Origin: Acidimicrobiia bacterium
GTDB taxonomy: Bacteria; Actinomycetota; Acidimicrobiia; Spongiisociales; Spongiisociaceae
Direction of reading: 5' to 3'
DNA: 35,377 nt
NCBI GenBank assembly: GCA_041576165.1
Contig: JBFGLM010000046.1
Span: 1-35,377, forward strand
The translations under genes were made by a program, and so were the position numbers. Within the stretch, counting starts at the first letter, position 1. Every line of letters begins with the position of its first letter. A model generated the notes under the pieces. It was not told the DNA's origin. It did not search any database and saw only the letters and a list, made by a program, of their open reading frames with translations. Below are positions 26,934 through 35,377 of this stretch, one piece after another.

Positions 26934-29900
26934 ATGGAAATCCGGGTGCTTGGTCCGGTGGGTGTATGGGTCGACGGCGAGTCGCTTCCCGTCGGCGGGA
27001 CCAAGCAACGCTCGGCTCTGGCCGTGCTGGCCGCGTACGCCGGCGAGCCCGTATCGGTCGGACAGCTGATCGAGGCGGTCTACGGCGACGACGCGTCTGA
27101 TGGCGCCAAACGGACGATCCACACGTACGTGTCGAATCTGCGGCGTGAGGTGAGGGACGCCATCACCGGGTCGGGGGAGGCCTACCAGTTGGATCCAGAT
27201 CTGGTCGACATCGACGCACGCCGGTTCGAGCAGCTCTTCCTTGACGGCTCCGGATTGGTGGAATCGTCGCCGCACGGCGCGGCCACCATGCTGCGGGAGG
27301 CCCTTGCCCTGTGGCACGGCCGTCCCTACGTAGACGTCGAGACGCACGGCCTGCTCGAACCCGAAGTCGTCCGGCTCGAAGAGCAGCGGCTGGCGGCGCT
27401 CGAAGCGCGCATCGAGGCCGAGCTGGCTTCGGGTCTCCACCGCGAGCTGCTCGGCGAGTTGGAGGCGCTGACCGAAGAGCATCCGCTGCGAGAGCGACTG
27501 CGCGCCCAGCACATGCTGGCGCTGTATCGGTCCGGTAGGCAGAGCGAAGCGCTCCGTGCCTTCTCCCGTACCCGGGACCTGCTCGTGGAGGAGATGGGGA
27601 TCACCCCTTCCCCCCAGCTACAAAAGCTGGAAGAGCAGATCCTCATGCAGGACCCGGCGCTCGACGTTCCCGGCCAGGTTGCGATCGAACGCCGGGCCGT
27701 GCTGGCTGCCGAGATGGATGACCGGCTCCGGTACGCACCCACCTCGGAACTCGACGCCGCGCTGCGCCGCCGCAACGACCTACTCGAACACGCGACGGCG
27801 GCCGCCGGCGGGGCGATGCTCGACTTGCGCGGGACCGCCGTGTATGCCGCATTCGAGTCCGTGGGCGATGCCGTCGACGTGGCCCGGTCCCTGGCCGACA
27901 TCTCGACGCAGATCGCGATCGACTTCGGCGATGTCGAGCTGCGGGACGATGGCGGCCTCGGACCGCCGGTGACGCTGGCACTGCGACTGGCGGCAGTCGG
28001 TCATGCCGGGCAGGTGCTGATCTCCGAGGACGCCCAGGCAAAGCTTGCTACCGAGGGCCGGACCGGGTGGAGCGTCGCCGCGCTCGGGGACCAGGCGATC
28101 CGCGGGGTGGGTCGCCCGGTCGCAGTCTTCCAGCTCGCGGGTGACGGCTTGGGAAGTGACTTCCCCGAGCTCCGTCTCGACCGGCTGCCGCCGCCTCTGC
28201 CGGCGGCGTATCCCGGGTCCGTCCCGGGTTACGAGCTGCGTGAAGAGCTGGGAGGCGGCGTCACCGGCGTAGTGCACCGTGCGTATCAGTCGGCGGTGGG
28301 GCGTGAGGTCGCCGTGCGGGCAATCCGTCCCGAGTTGGTCGACGATCCGCGGTTCATCCGCAGGTTCGAGGCGGAGGCGCAGCGGCTGGCGGCTATCGAG
28401 CATCCCCACGTGGTCCCGCTACTGGATTATTGGCGGGACCCGGCACATGCGTACATCGTGCACCGGCTCGTCCAAGGACGCCCAATCTCGACAGCTTCGG
28501 CCGCCGCCCTGGAGGGAGACATCGTGGGCTGGCTCGCCCAGATCGCGTCCGGGCTGGCCGCCGGGCACACCCGGGGAGTGGCCCACGGCCGGATCCGCCC
28601 CGACAACGTGCTGATCGACGAAGGCGGCTACGCCTATCTCGCCGACCTGGGCGTGGCCGCGATGTTCGAAGGCATGGTGACCGCGACCGCAGATGCCTAC
28701 ACCGCCCCCGAAGCGATTGGCGGGTCGGTGTCAGTGGCTGGTGATGTGTACGGGCTCGGGGTGCTTGCCCTCGAGATGCTGGCGGGCGAGCCCGTGCCAC
28801 TCGACGGAGTGTTGCCGACCGTCGGCTCGCGGGTCGACGGGGTGATTGCCCGGGCGACGCACGACGCGCCGGATAGGCGTTACGCGTCGGTCGTCGAGTT
28901 GGTGGATGCGCTGGCGGCGGCGATCGACGGTGGCAGCGCTGCAGTAGCGGCCGTGCTGCCTTTGCGGGAGTTGCGCAACCCGTTCAAAGGCCTTGCCGCG
29001 TTCCAAGAATCGGATGCGGTGGACTTCCACGGACGCGACGACCTGGTGGCCGCGCTGCGCCGATCCGTGGCGGAGCGGCCCTTCACGCTGGTGGCTGGTC
29101 CGTCCGGCATTGGGAAATCGTCGGTGGTGCGCGCCGGACTCATCCCTGCGATGCGGGACAGCGACGGGATACTCGTCACCGACATGTACCCGGGGGCGCG
29201 GCCCTTCGACTCGCTCGAGGCGGCCCTGGACCGGGTCGCGGTGCGCCCGCTCGTTGGGGAGGTCGAGACGCTGCGGTCGGGCAACGGAAACCTGTCCGAT
29301 GTGATCGGCGAGCTGGTTCCCGAGGGCGCCCGATTGCTGCTGGTGGTCGACCAGTTCGAGGAGCTGTTCACTCACACTATCGACGAGGCCACCCGACGAC
29401 GCTTCCTCGACATACTCAGCGAGCTCGGCGCCGTAGCGGAGCCCCTAGTACGGGTGGTCGCCACCATCCGCGCCGACTTCCTGGACCGGCCGCTGCGCTA
29501 CGCCGACTTCGGCCAGCTCGTTGGCGCGTCGACCGTCACCGTATCGGCGCCAACCACCGTCGAGCTGGGGGAGATCGTGACGGGCCCGGCGACGGCGGTC
29601 GGCCTCGAAGTCGACGAGGCCCTCGTCGAGGCCCTGGTCGCCGACGCAGACGAGCAGCCAGGGGCGCTCCCGCTGTTGCAGCACACCCTGACCGAGATGT
29701 TCACCCAGCGCGACAGCGACCGGTTGCAGCTCGACGATTACCGGTCGTCTGGTGGGCTGACCGGTGCGATCGGTCGCCGCGCCGGGAGCATCTATCAGGG
29801 TCTCGCCGAGGAGGACCACGCGACGGTGCGGGAGGTCTTTCTCCGGCTCGTCACGGTCGACGAAGAAAGCGACACAACCCGCCGCCGGGTGCGCCGCAGC

Positions 29901-32444
29901 GAGCTGGAGCACATGGACGTCCCCAGGGACTCGCTCGACCGGGTCCTCGACGCATTCGGTCGCCACCGGCTCTTGGTCTTCGATCGCGATGCGACGACCC
30001 GGGCCCCAACCGTCGAGGTGGCCCACGAGGCGCTCATCTCCGAGTGGGAACGGCTGCGCAACTGGATCGACGACACGCGGGACGATCTGTTGACGGCTCG
30101 ACGGCTCGAAACGGGCGCCGCTGCATGGGAAGCCGCGGAACGCGATCCCAGTTACCTGCTGCGCGGCGGCCAACTAGACCGGGCCCATTCCTGGAGAGCC
30201 GAATCGGGACTGCAGCCGTCGGCGTTGGTCTCCGAGTTCGTAGAAGCCGGCTTGGCGCGAGAAGCCGCCGAAACCGCGGATCGCCGCAAATGGCGACGCC
30301 TCATCCTCGGAGGCTTCGCAGCCGCCGCCGTGGTAGCGCTGGTCCTCGCCGTCGTCGCCTGGGTGCAGCGCGGCTCGGCAGAACGCGAAGCGCAGCTGGC
30401 AACGGCGCAGCGACTCGTCCTCCAGTCCGAGAGAAGCCTCGCAACCGATCCTGAGCTCAGCATCATGCTCGGCGTCCAAGCCATCGAAGTCTTCCGCAGG
30501 TACGGTGATGTCCCCGAGAGTGCAGTCACCACTCTGCGTCAAGGCATCGCTAACCAACGGGTGGTTGCCCGCTGGCCGGGAGGTGGGGCCATATCGGTGA
30601 ACGACGCTGGGACCTTGCTTGTCACAACAACTGATGGGGGAGCACTGCCTGTTTGGGATATTGACTCTCTCGAGCAGACCTACACGATTTCCGGCACCGA
30701 CGGCTTGGTCGCACTCGAGGCCTGGTTTCTGGCCGATAGCGAACTCATCGTGTTGCTGGGTGATGTGGACACTGGTCACGGACGGTTCCGGCTCTATGAC
30801 CTCGACACGGGAACATGGGACTCGCTCTTCGCAATCGACGTACCGCTCGACGCGGACTGGTGGTTTGACAACGAGCCTGGTGGCGGGCTCTTCGCACTCT
30901 GGATCGACCAGCGTCTCCAAGTCTTCGACCGGCAATCGATGTTGTACGAGGAGAAAGGGCTTCCGGAGGTCGCAGGTCTCGTTCTCTCTGACGACTCGCG
31001 ACTCGGTTATGCCGTGCTTGGACCGGAAACGGCGGAGATTCGAATTGTCGACGCGCGCACGGGCGACCGTCTGCAAACAATCGTAGGAATCTCAGGGAAT
31101 CCGATCCTCGCCACGTTCTCGCCGGACAATACGCGGTTGGCCTACAGCGACGACGAGTCGACTATGAGTGTGGTCGACCTCTCCACCGGCGAGGAACTGT
31201 GGTTCCGAGACAACCTGATCAGTCCTTTCTGGCCGATCTGGCTTCCCGACGGCAACAGAATCGTGACGGGCCGTGAAGGTGCCCTGCAAGTGCTAGATGC
31301 ATCAACCGGCGCGACTATTGGCCTGATCGCCGGCAGGCCCGGCGAAACCTTCGGCGCAGTGACTGTGCCTGGCACTTCGCTACTGGCAACGGCGGGCCAC
31401 CCTGACGCCGATCTGTTGCTCATCGACGTTTCGCCAAGCGGCAGACCGGAGCTGGAAGGGGAACTTGAATCACGCCTCCAGCAACCCATCTCCTCCCGGG
31501 TCAGCCCCGACGGACGGGCCATCTTCTTTCACGATCCGGGCCAATTTGAGGTTATCGACACCGAGACTGGCGAAACTCTCTTGAACTTCGAGACTCCGGA
31601 AGATCCCGGATACCCGAACGCGGCTGGCTTTGCCGTTGCGAGCCGCAACGGCGCCTACGTTGCCGGGTTCGACAACGAAAGCTTCAAGGTGTGGTCGATG
31701 GCCGACGGCACCCGGGTCTACACCGCGCCCGTTGGCTGGTCGATACGGGCCGTCAACGGTGACGCATCGTTAGTGGTGATCACCAAGGACTTCGAGGCCA
31801 CCAAGCTGATTCGGACTCAGAATGGTTCGGAGGTAGCCACGTTGGATGCTGGGCCGGTGCTGATCAAGGCATTCTTCTCTGCGGATGGCGCGTATGTCGT
31901 CACCAACGCCTTCGGCCGCGACCCGGAGTTCCAGATCTGGGAGACGGCGACCGGAAGCTATGTCAACGATCTTGGAGAATATGTCGGACTCAAGGTCGAC
32001 TTCACGAACGAAGGCGACCGGCTGATCTTGGGTGCGGCTAACGACGAGGACGGGACGGTGGTCGTGTTCGACTTCGCGGCGCTTCGCAACGGTGTCGCCG
32101 CCCAGGATGCCCTGATGGAGCCCACGATCGAAGCCCACGCGAACACGATCGTCAGCCTCCGTATCTCGCCCGATGACTCAATGCTCGCCACCGGTACGTT
32201 CGATGGGCCTGACAAGCTGTGGGACCTCGGCACCGGAGACCTTCTCGGCGAGTTCGGAGGGCCGGGCCGGACGGTGATGGCGTTCGACTCCGCACGCCCC
32301 AGGCTCTGGGTTTCGGACTCGGGCCGCGTCACGGCCCACACGCTGGATCTCGACGAGCTGATCGAGATCGCACATTCTCGGCTCAGCCGTGAGATGACCG
32401 AGGACGAATGTCAGCTCTACCTGCGTCGCGGGTGTAGCGACTAA
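26934..32444 (+). CDS. Giant signalling protein: SARP (wHTH+BTAD), degenerate class III cyclase, Ser/Thr pseudokinase, nSTAND1 NTPase, TM, WD40/beta-propeller
   Basis: MEIRVLGPV…YVSNLRR; ALALWHG…HPLRERL…MLALYRSGRQSEAL; GHAGQVLISE; YELREELGGG…APE…DVYGLG; NPFKGLAAF, GPSGIGKSS, LVVDQFEELF, VEVAHEALI; TM LILGGFAAAAVVALVLAVVAW; and repeats ending LWDLGTG. ATG 26934 preferred over 26886. Confidence 0.92.
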   Translation: MEIRVLGPVGVWVDGESLPVGGTKQRSALAVLAAYAGEPVSVGQLIEAVYGDDASDGAKRTIHTYVSNLRREVRDAITGSGEAYQLDPDLVDIDARRFEQLFLDGSGLVESSPHGAATMLREALALWHGRPYVDVETHGLLEPEVVRLEEQRLAALEARIEAELASGLHRELLGELEALTEEHPLRERLRAQHMLALYRSGRQSEALRAFSRTRDLLVEEMGITPSPQLQKLEEQILMQDPALDVPGQVAIERRAVLAAEMDDRLRYAPTSELDAALRRRNDLLEHATAAAGGAMLDLRGTAVYAAFESVGDAVDVARSLADISTQIAIDFGDVELRDDGGLGPPVTLALRLAAVGHAGQVLISEDAQAKLATEGRTGWSVAALGDQAIRGVGRPVAVFQLAGDGLGSDFPELRLDRLPPPLPAAYPGSVPGYELREELGGGVTGVVHRAYQSAVGREVAVRAIRPELVDDPRFIRRFEAEAQRLAAIEHPHVVPLLDYWRDPAHAYIVHRLVQGRPISTASAAALEGDIVGWLAQIASGLAAGHTRGVAHGRIRPDNVLIDEGGYAYLADLGVAAMFEGMVTATADAYTAPEAIGGSVSVAGDVYGLGVLALEMLAGEPVPLDGVLPTVGSRVDGVIARATHDAPDRRYASVVELVDALAAAIDGGSAAVAAVLPLRELRNPFKGLAAFQESDAVDFHGRDDLVAALRRSVAERPFTLVAGPSGIGKSSVVRAGLIPAMRDSDGILVTDMYPGARPFDSLEAALDRVAVRPLVGEVETLRSGNGNLSDVIGELVPEGARLLLVVDQFEELFTHTIDEATRRRFLDILSELGAVAEPLVRVVATIRADFLDRPLRYADFGQLVGASTVTVSAPTTVELGEIVTGPATAVGLEVDEALVEALVADADEQPGALPLLQHTLTEMFTQRDSDRLQLDDYRSSGGLTGAIGRRAGSIYQGLAEEDHATVREVFLRLVTVDEESDTTRRRVRRSELEHMDVPRDSLDRVLDAFGRHRLLVFDRDATTRAPTVEVAHEALISEWERLRNWIDDTRDDLLTARRLETGAAAWEAAERDPSYLLRGGQLDRAHSWRAESGLQPSALVSEFVEAGLAREAAETADRRKWRRLILGGFAAAAVVALVLAVVAWVQRGSAEREAQLATAQRLVLQSERSLATDPELSIMLGVQAIEVFRRYGDVPESAVTTLRQGIANQRVVARWPGGGAISVNDAGTLLVTTTDGGALPVWDIDSLEQTYTISGTDGLVALEAWFLADSELIVLLGDVDTGHGRFRLYDLDTGTWDSLFAIDVPLDADWWFDNEPGGGLFALWIDQRLQVFDRQSMLYEEKGLPEVAGLVLSDDSRLGYAVLGPETAEIRIVDARTGDRLQTIVGISGNPILATFSPDNTRLAYSDDESTMSVVDLSTGEELWFRDNLISPFWPIWLPDGNRIVTGREGALQVLDASTGATIGLIAGRPGETFGAVTVPGTSLLATAGHPDADLLLIDVSPSGRPELEGELESRLQQPISSRVSPDGRAIFFHDPGQFEVIDTETGETLLNFETPEDPGYPNAAGFAVASRNGAYVAGFDNESFKVWSMADGTRVYTAPVGWSIRAVNGDASLVVITKDFEATKLIRTQNGSEVATLDAGPVLIKAFFSADGAYVVTNAFGRDPEFQIWETATGSYVNDLGEYVGLKVDFTNEGDRLILGAANDEDGTVVVFDFAALRNGVAAQDALMEPTIEAHANTIVSLRISPDDSMLATGTFDGPDKLWDLGTGDLLGEFGGPGRTVMAFDSARPRLWVSDSGRVTAHTLDLDELIEIAHSRLSREMTEDECQLYLRRGCSD

Positions 32445-32608
32445 CAACGGAAAGCTCGCACGTCTGTGACCCGCTGGTCTGCAGGACGCGGCACGGCGGG
32501 GACCGGTGGCGCCCTTGGAGATGGCGTCGAGCCCTGGCGCGGTCTCCTGTGACCTATCGGAAGTGCCGATTTCGGCTATCCGTGTGAGATCGATGCCACC
32601 AGCGACAA

Positions 32609-32812
32609 GTGGCAAGCGTGACGAGGGTCTCTGCTGTTACCCGCGTAGAGCAAAGCAACGGGCTGGCGATCGTGTACGGCCACGGAAAGCGCTTCGCTAG
32701 TTCCGTTGTCTCGGCATTGGAAAACGCTGGAGTGTCGTTCACCGACCTCCGCACGCAGCAACCGAACCTGGAGGACGTGTTCCTGTCCTTGACGGGCAAG
32801 GAGATGAGGTAA
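32609..32812 (+). pseudogene. C-terminal remnant of a DrrA-type ABC exporter ATPase
   Basis: Ends DLRTQQPNLEDVFLSLTGKEMR*, the typical DrrA-family tail, with a TAATG overlap to the permease. There is no Walker A/B upstream and no room for them. Confidence 0.8.
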
Positions 32813-33612
32813 TGACCGATCGTGCGATCGGTGGGTTGGCCGTAGAGGAACATGGCGGCTCCGTAGCGTTTCGATCGCTTGTGTCACTCGTGGTAGTCAA
32901 TCTCAGACTGTACGTCCGAGAGCCGATCGCAACCTTCTTCACCGTGGCCTTTCCGATCATGCTCGTCCTCATTTTCGGGGCCATCTACGGGAATCAGCCG
33001 CAAGAGATGTTCGATGGGTACGGCTCGATGGACATCTCGATGCCTGCATATACAGCGCTCATTCTCGGAACGGTGGGACTGCTCGGCGTGGCTATCACCA
33101 CCAGCAGCTACCGGGAGGCGGGCATTCTCCGACGGTTTCGAATAACGCCCCTGCGTCCGATCGTCTGTATCGCCGCCGACGTAATCGCCAACCTGATCAT
33201 GACCCTCGTCGGAATGGGAGGCGTCGTGGCGATGGGATGGCTCCTCTACCGCGTTCAGTTCGAAGGTCGGGCCATAAGTGTGATCCTCGCCGTCATCCTG
33301 TCGGGAACCGCTATGTTCGCGGTGGGCTATCTCATTGCCAGACTGGCACCCAATGCCAGGGTGGCCCAGGTGATCGGGATGGTGGTGCTCTACCCGATGC
33401 TGTTCTTGTCCGGCGCGGGAATTCCACTCGAGGTGATGCCCGACTCGATTCGGACGATCTCGGATTACCTGCCCCTGAGCTACGTGGTGCGACTCCTGCG
33501 TGGTTTGTGGCTTAACGAGTCGTGGGGATCTCTCCTGCTCGAGACGGGCGTCCTCGTCGGAATCCTCATACTGTGTGCTGCGATTGCTGCGCGGCTCTTC
33601 CGCTGGGAGTGA
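32812..33612 (+). CDS. ABC-2 type (DrrB-like) exporter permease
   Basis: REPIATFFTVAFP, YREAGILRRFRITPL, PMLFLSG, LPLSY and FRWE end. Confidence 0.92.
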   Translation: MTDRAIGGLAVEEHGGSVAFRSLVSLVVVNLRLYVREPIATFFTVAFPIMLVLIFGAIYGNQPQEMFDGYGSMDISMPAYTALILGTVGLLGVAITTSSYREAGILRRFRITPLRPIVCIAADVIANLIMTLVGMGGVVAMGWLLYRVQFEGRAISVILAVILSGTAMFAVGYLIARLAPNARVAQVIGMVVLYPMLFLSGAGIPLEVMPDSIRTISDYLPLSYVVRLLRGLWLNESWGSLLLETGVLVGILILCAAIAARLFRWE

Positions 33613-33864
33613 AGGCCTACCTGCCGTCTTGACCGGCGGACGCTGAAGGACGTGAGCATCGATTCAAGCCTGGGCTCGGGCGTCCGCGACGAGACTCGCC
33701 TTCTGCACGGCATTGCAGCGATAGCAGCGGCTGAGCGAGATCATCGACGCACCGACCCCACCCGGTCTGAGGCACAAAAGCTCCCAAGGACCGCTACACC
33801 GACCTTTGCGACGCCGACGGGACGGAGTGAGGGTTCACGCTTGCGGCAGAGCGATGATTGCCAG

Positions 33865-34938
33865 TCAAGTCGCCTCCGTCGTGAGCGCCGCCGCCGCCGT
33901 CAGGAAATCGCGTTCAACCCGACGCATCACTCGGAACGCCCAGCGCCGGGACACGGTGGCGAGCAGCGACCACACGATGATCGTGATGGTTGACGTTGGT
34001 GCGTTCCAGCCCGGGTGGCCGATCCGCCGGGCGCACGCGGCATAGTGCCGGTCGGTGAACAACAGCATCAGGACCGCAGATGCCCGGGCCAAGCTGAGGC
34101 GCTTGGTGGCGAGCTGGGACGCAAGCCGCGTGTAGGCGGATGCGTGGGGGAGGGCTTGTGCCAACAGCTGGCGGCGTGCTTCGCGCGCCGGGCCCGGGGC
34201 GTGGGTGCGGCCGAGATAGGGCAGCAGCGATGGGTGGTAACCGATGCCGCGGGCCAGGTCTCGTTCGATGTCGCGGGTGATGTTTGCGAGTTGGATCAAC
34301 TCGCTCGAGGCGAGGGCGTCGCGCCGTTGCTGTGAGGTCAGGTCGGCGTTGTGCACGATGAGGAGTGTGAACAGTATGGGCCCGCCAATGACGTGGTGGC
34401 AGTACCGACTGATCTGGTCGGCGTCGGTGAGGACACCGCCTTGCTCGGCGAAGCACTGGGATGACCACGCCATGCCATCGGCCATCGCCTCCACCAACTC
34501 GACAATGCGGGCGCGGTCAGAGCGCGAAAGCGTGGCGAAGACCCTGTCGACGAGCTCGCAGCGCTCGATCAGCAACAGGTGGCTGCGGTCCCGCTCGTCC
34601 CGAGCTCGGGAGTCGGGTATGTGCCTTGGAGTTTCGAGGGTGGTCATGCGGACCGCGAATGCCTTCAGGTTGTGCTCACGCTCGACGGGGTCGCTGAGGT
34701 CCTCATACGTATCGAGCATCCGGCAGTACAGGTACGCCACGGCGGCGGTGCGAGCGATAGGCGCCGGGAGCAGCAGGATGCTCGCTGCGAAACTGCGGGC
34801 CGCATGGGGCAGGACCGTCCAGACAAACGTTTCTGGGTCGTCGATCGACGCCAGACGCGCGACCTCGGGCCGGTCGCGGTTGGTGCTCAGACCGCGCACA
34901 AGGTGCCATATGCGGAGAGCTGCAAAGGGGATCTTCAT
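33865..34938 (-). CDS. Squalene/phytoene synthase-family head-to-head prenyltransferase
   Basis: ARSFAASI flap, YLYCRMLDTYED, MADGM, YCHHV and QLANITRDIERD. ATGA overlap with the upstream ORF gives start 34938. Confidence 0.9.
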   Translation of the reverse strand: MKIPFAALRIWHLVRGLSTNRDRPEVARLASIDDPETFVWTVLPHAARSFAASILLLPAPIARTAAVAYLYCRMLDTYEDLSDPVEREHNLKAFAVRMTTLETPRHIPDSRARDERDRSHLLLIERCELVDRVFATLSRSDRARIVELVEAMADGMAWSSQCFAEQGGVLTDADQISRYCHHVIGGPILFTLLIVHNADLTSQQRRDALASSELIQLANITRDIERDLARGIGYHPSLLPYLGRTHAPGPAREARRQLLAQALPHASAYTRLASQLATKRLSLARASAVLMLLFTDRHYAACARRIGHPGWNAPTSTITIIVWSLLATVSRRWAFRVMRRVERDFLTAAAALTTEAT

Positions 34939-35228
34939 CTGGCGGCGGACACCATGGCCGTGCAGGCTACCGCCGGTTGCGCGCCGGAGATACATTCGAG
35001 GTGGGTGGGTTCGGCGACGAACACGTCGCGGACGCGGCGGAGCATGGAGAACGGGTTGTTGACTTCCCAGTCTTTGAGGAGATCCTGGCTGGGGTAGAGC
35101 GACGTGCGGTGGGGGGCGCGTTGCCAGGCCGAGAATGTGCAGCCGGCGGCGAGCGCGTCGTCTTCGACGGTCGGGTCGGCGAGCACGTGGACGGTGTGTC
35201 CGCGTTCGAGCAGCCGGCGGGCGGTCAT
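34935..35228 (-). pseudogene. Internally deleted GT1-family glycosyltransferase (97 aa)
   Basis: ARRLLERGHTVHVLADP…AAGCTF matches a GT-B N-terminus. The first beta-strand/catalytic loop and the whole nucleotide-sugar-binding domain are missing. AGGAG RBS and ATGA overlaps at both ends. Confidence 0.7.
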
Positions 35229-35377
35229 GAGTGGTGCTCCTGGTCGCGGTCGATGGTGCAGATGACCCCGGCCACGAGACGCCGGATGATCTGTTCGGTG
35301 ACGCCGGGGGTGTAGTCGAAGTCGCGCCGGAGCAGCTTCCACTGCATGACGTCTGTGGCGGCGTACAGAGCCATCAC
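35225..35377 (-). CDS. C-terminal end of a probable TetR/AcrR-family regulator (runs off the window)
   Basis: Open frame VMALYAATDVMQWKLLRRDFDY…EHHS*. The LxAATDVxxWKLLRRD pattern resembles the TetR C-termini I recall upstream of such glycosyltransferases. The HTH is not in the window. Confidence 0.65.
   Translation of the reverse strand: MMALYAATDVMQWKLLRRDFDYTPGVTEQIIRRLVAGVICTIDRDQEHHS

Noticed and set aside
30174-31076. 300-aa minus-strand ORF inside the STAND gene
   Set aside because: Antisense shadow with no motifs.
26934-32444. STAND protein as an Avs-type antiphage system
   Set aside because: The N-terminus is a SARP DNA-binding module rather than a nuclease/TIR/SIR2 effector, the enzyme domains look inactive, and no defence genes flank it. 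Not excluded, but unsupported.
1-35377. CRISPR arrays, tRNA/rRNA genes, transposases, integrases
   Set aside because: No regularly spaced repeats, RNA gene signatures or recombinase motifs seen.

Overview
High-GC bacterial window, probably actinobacterial; the gene content looks Acidimicrobiia-like, which is an inference. Bases 1-15.6 kb are a dense catabolic island with no regulator in the window. It holds two NitT/TauT-type ABC importers, an isochorismatase-family amidase, a CocE/NonD hydrolase, a family-III CoA-transferase, three ACMSD-like amidohydrolases, an AhpD/CMD protein, a cyclase-family hydrolase, a cupin and an LLM oxidoreductase. Bases 17.6-22.6 kb hold the most unusual element. 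A BCCT betaine-type carrier is translationally coupled to an orphan ProX lipoprotein, and both converge on a gene fusing a second ProX domain to a complete GluR0-like ligand-gated K+ channel (S1-M1-TVGYGD pore-M2-S2). This is a candidate osmolyte-gated potassium channel system. Bases 26-32.4 kb carry a secreted HExxH protein whose ribosome-binding site lies in a perfect hairpin, divergent from a ~1840-aa SARP/pseudo-cyclase/pseudokinase/nSTAND1/TM/WD40 regulator. The right half also has flavodoxin, P-loop kinase, LtrA, ABC-2 permease and squalene-synthase-like genes, plus five decayed gene remnants. I recognised no rRNA, tRNA, CRISPR array or transposase. All calls come from reading motifs by eye; no database searches were run.
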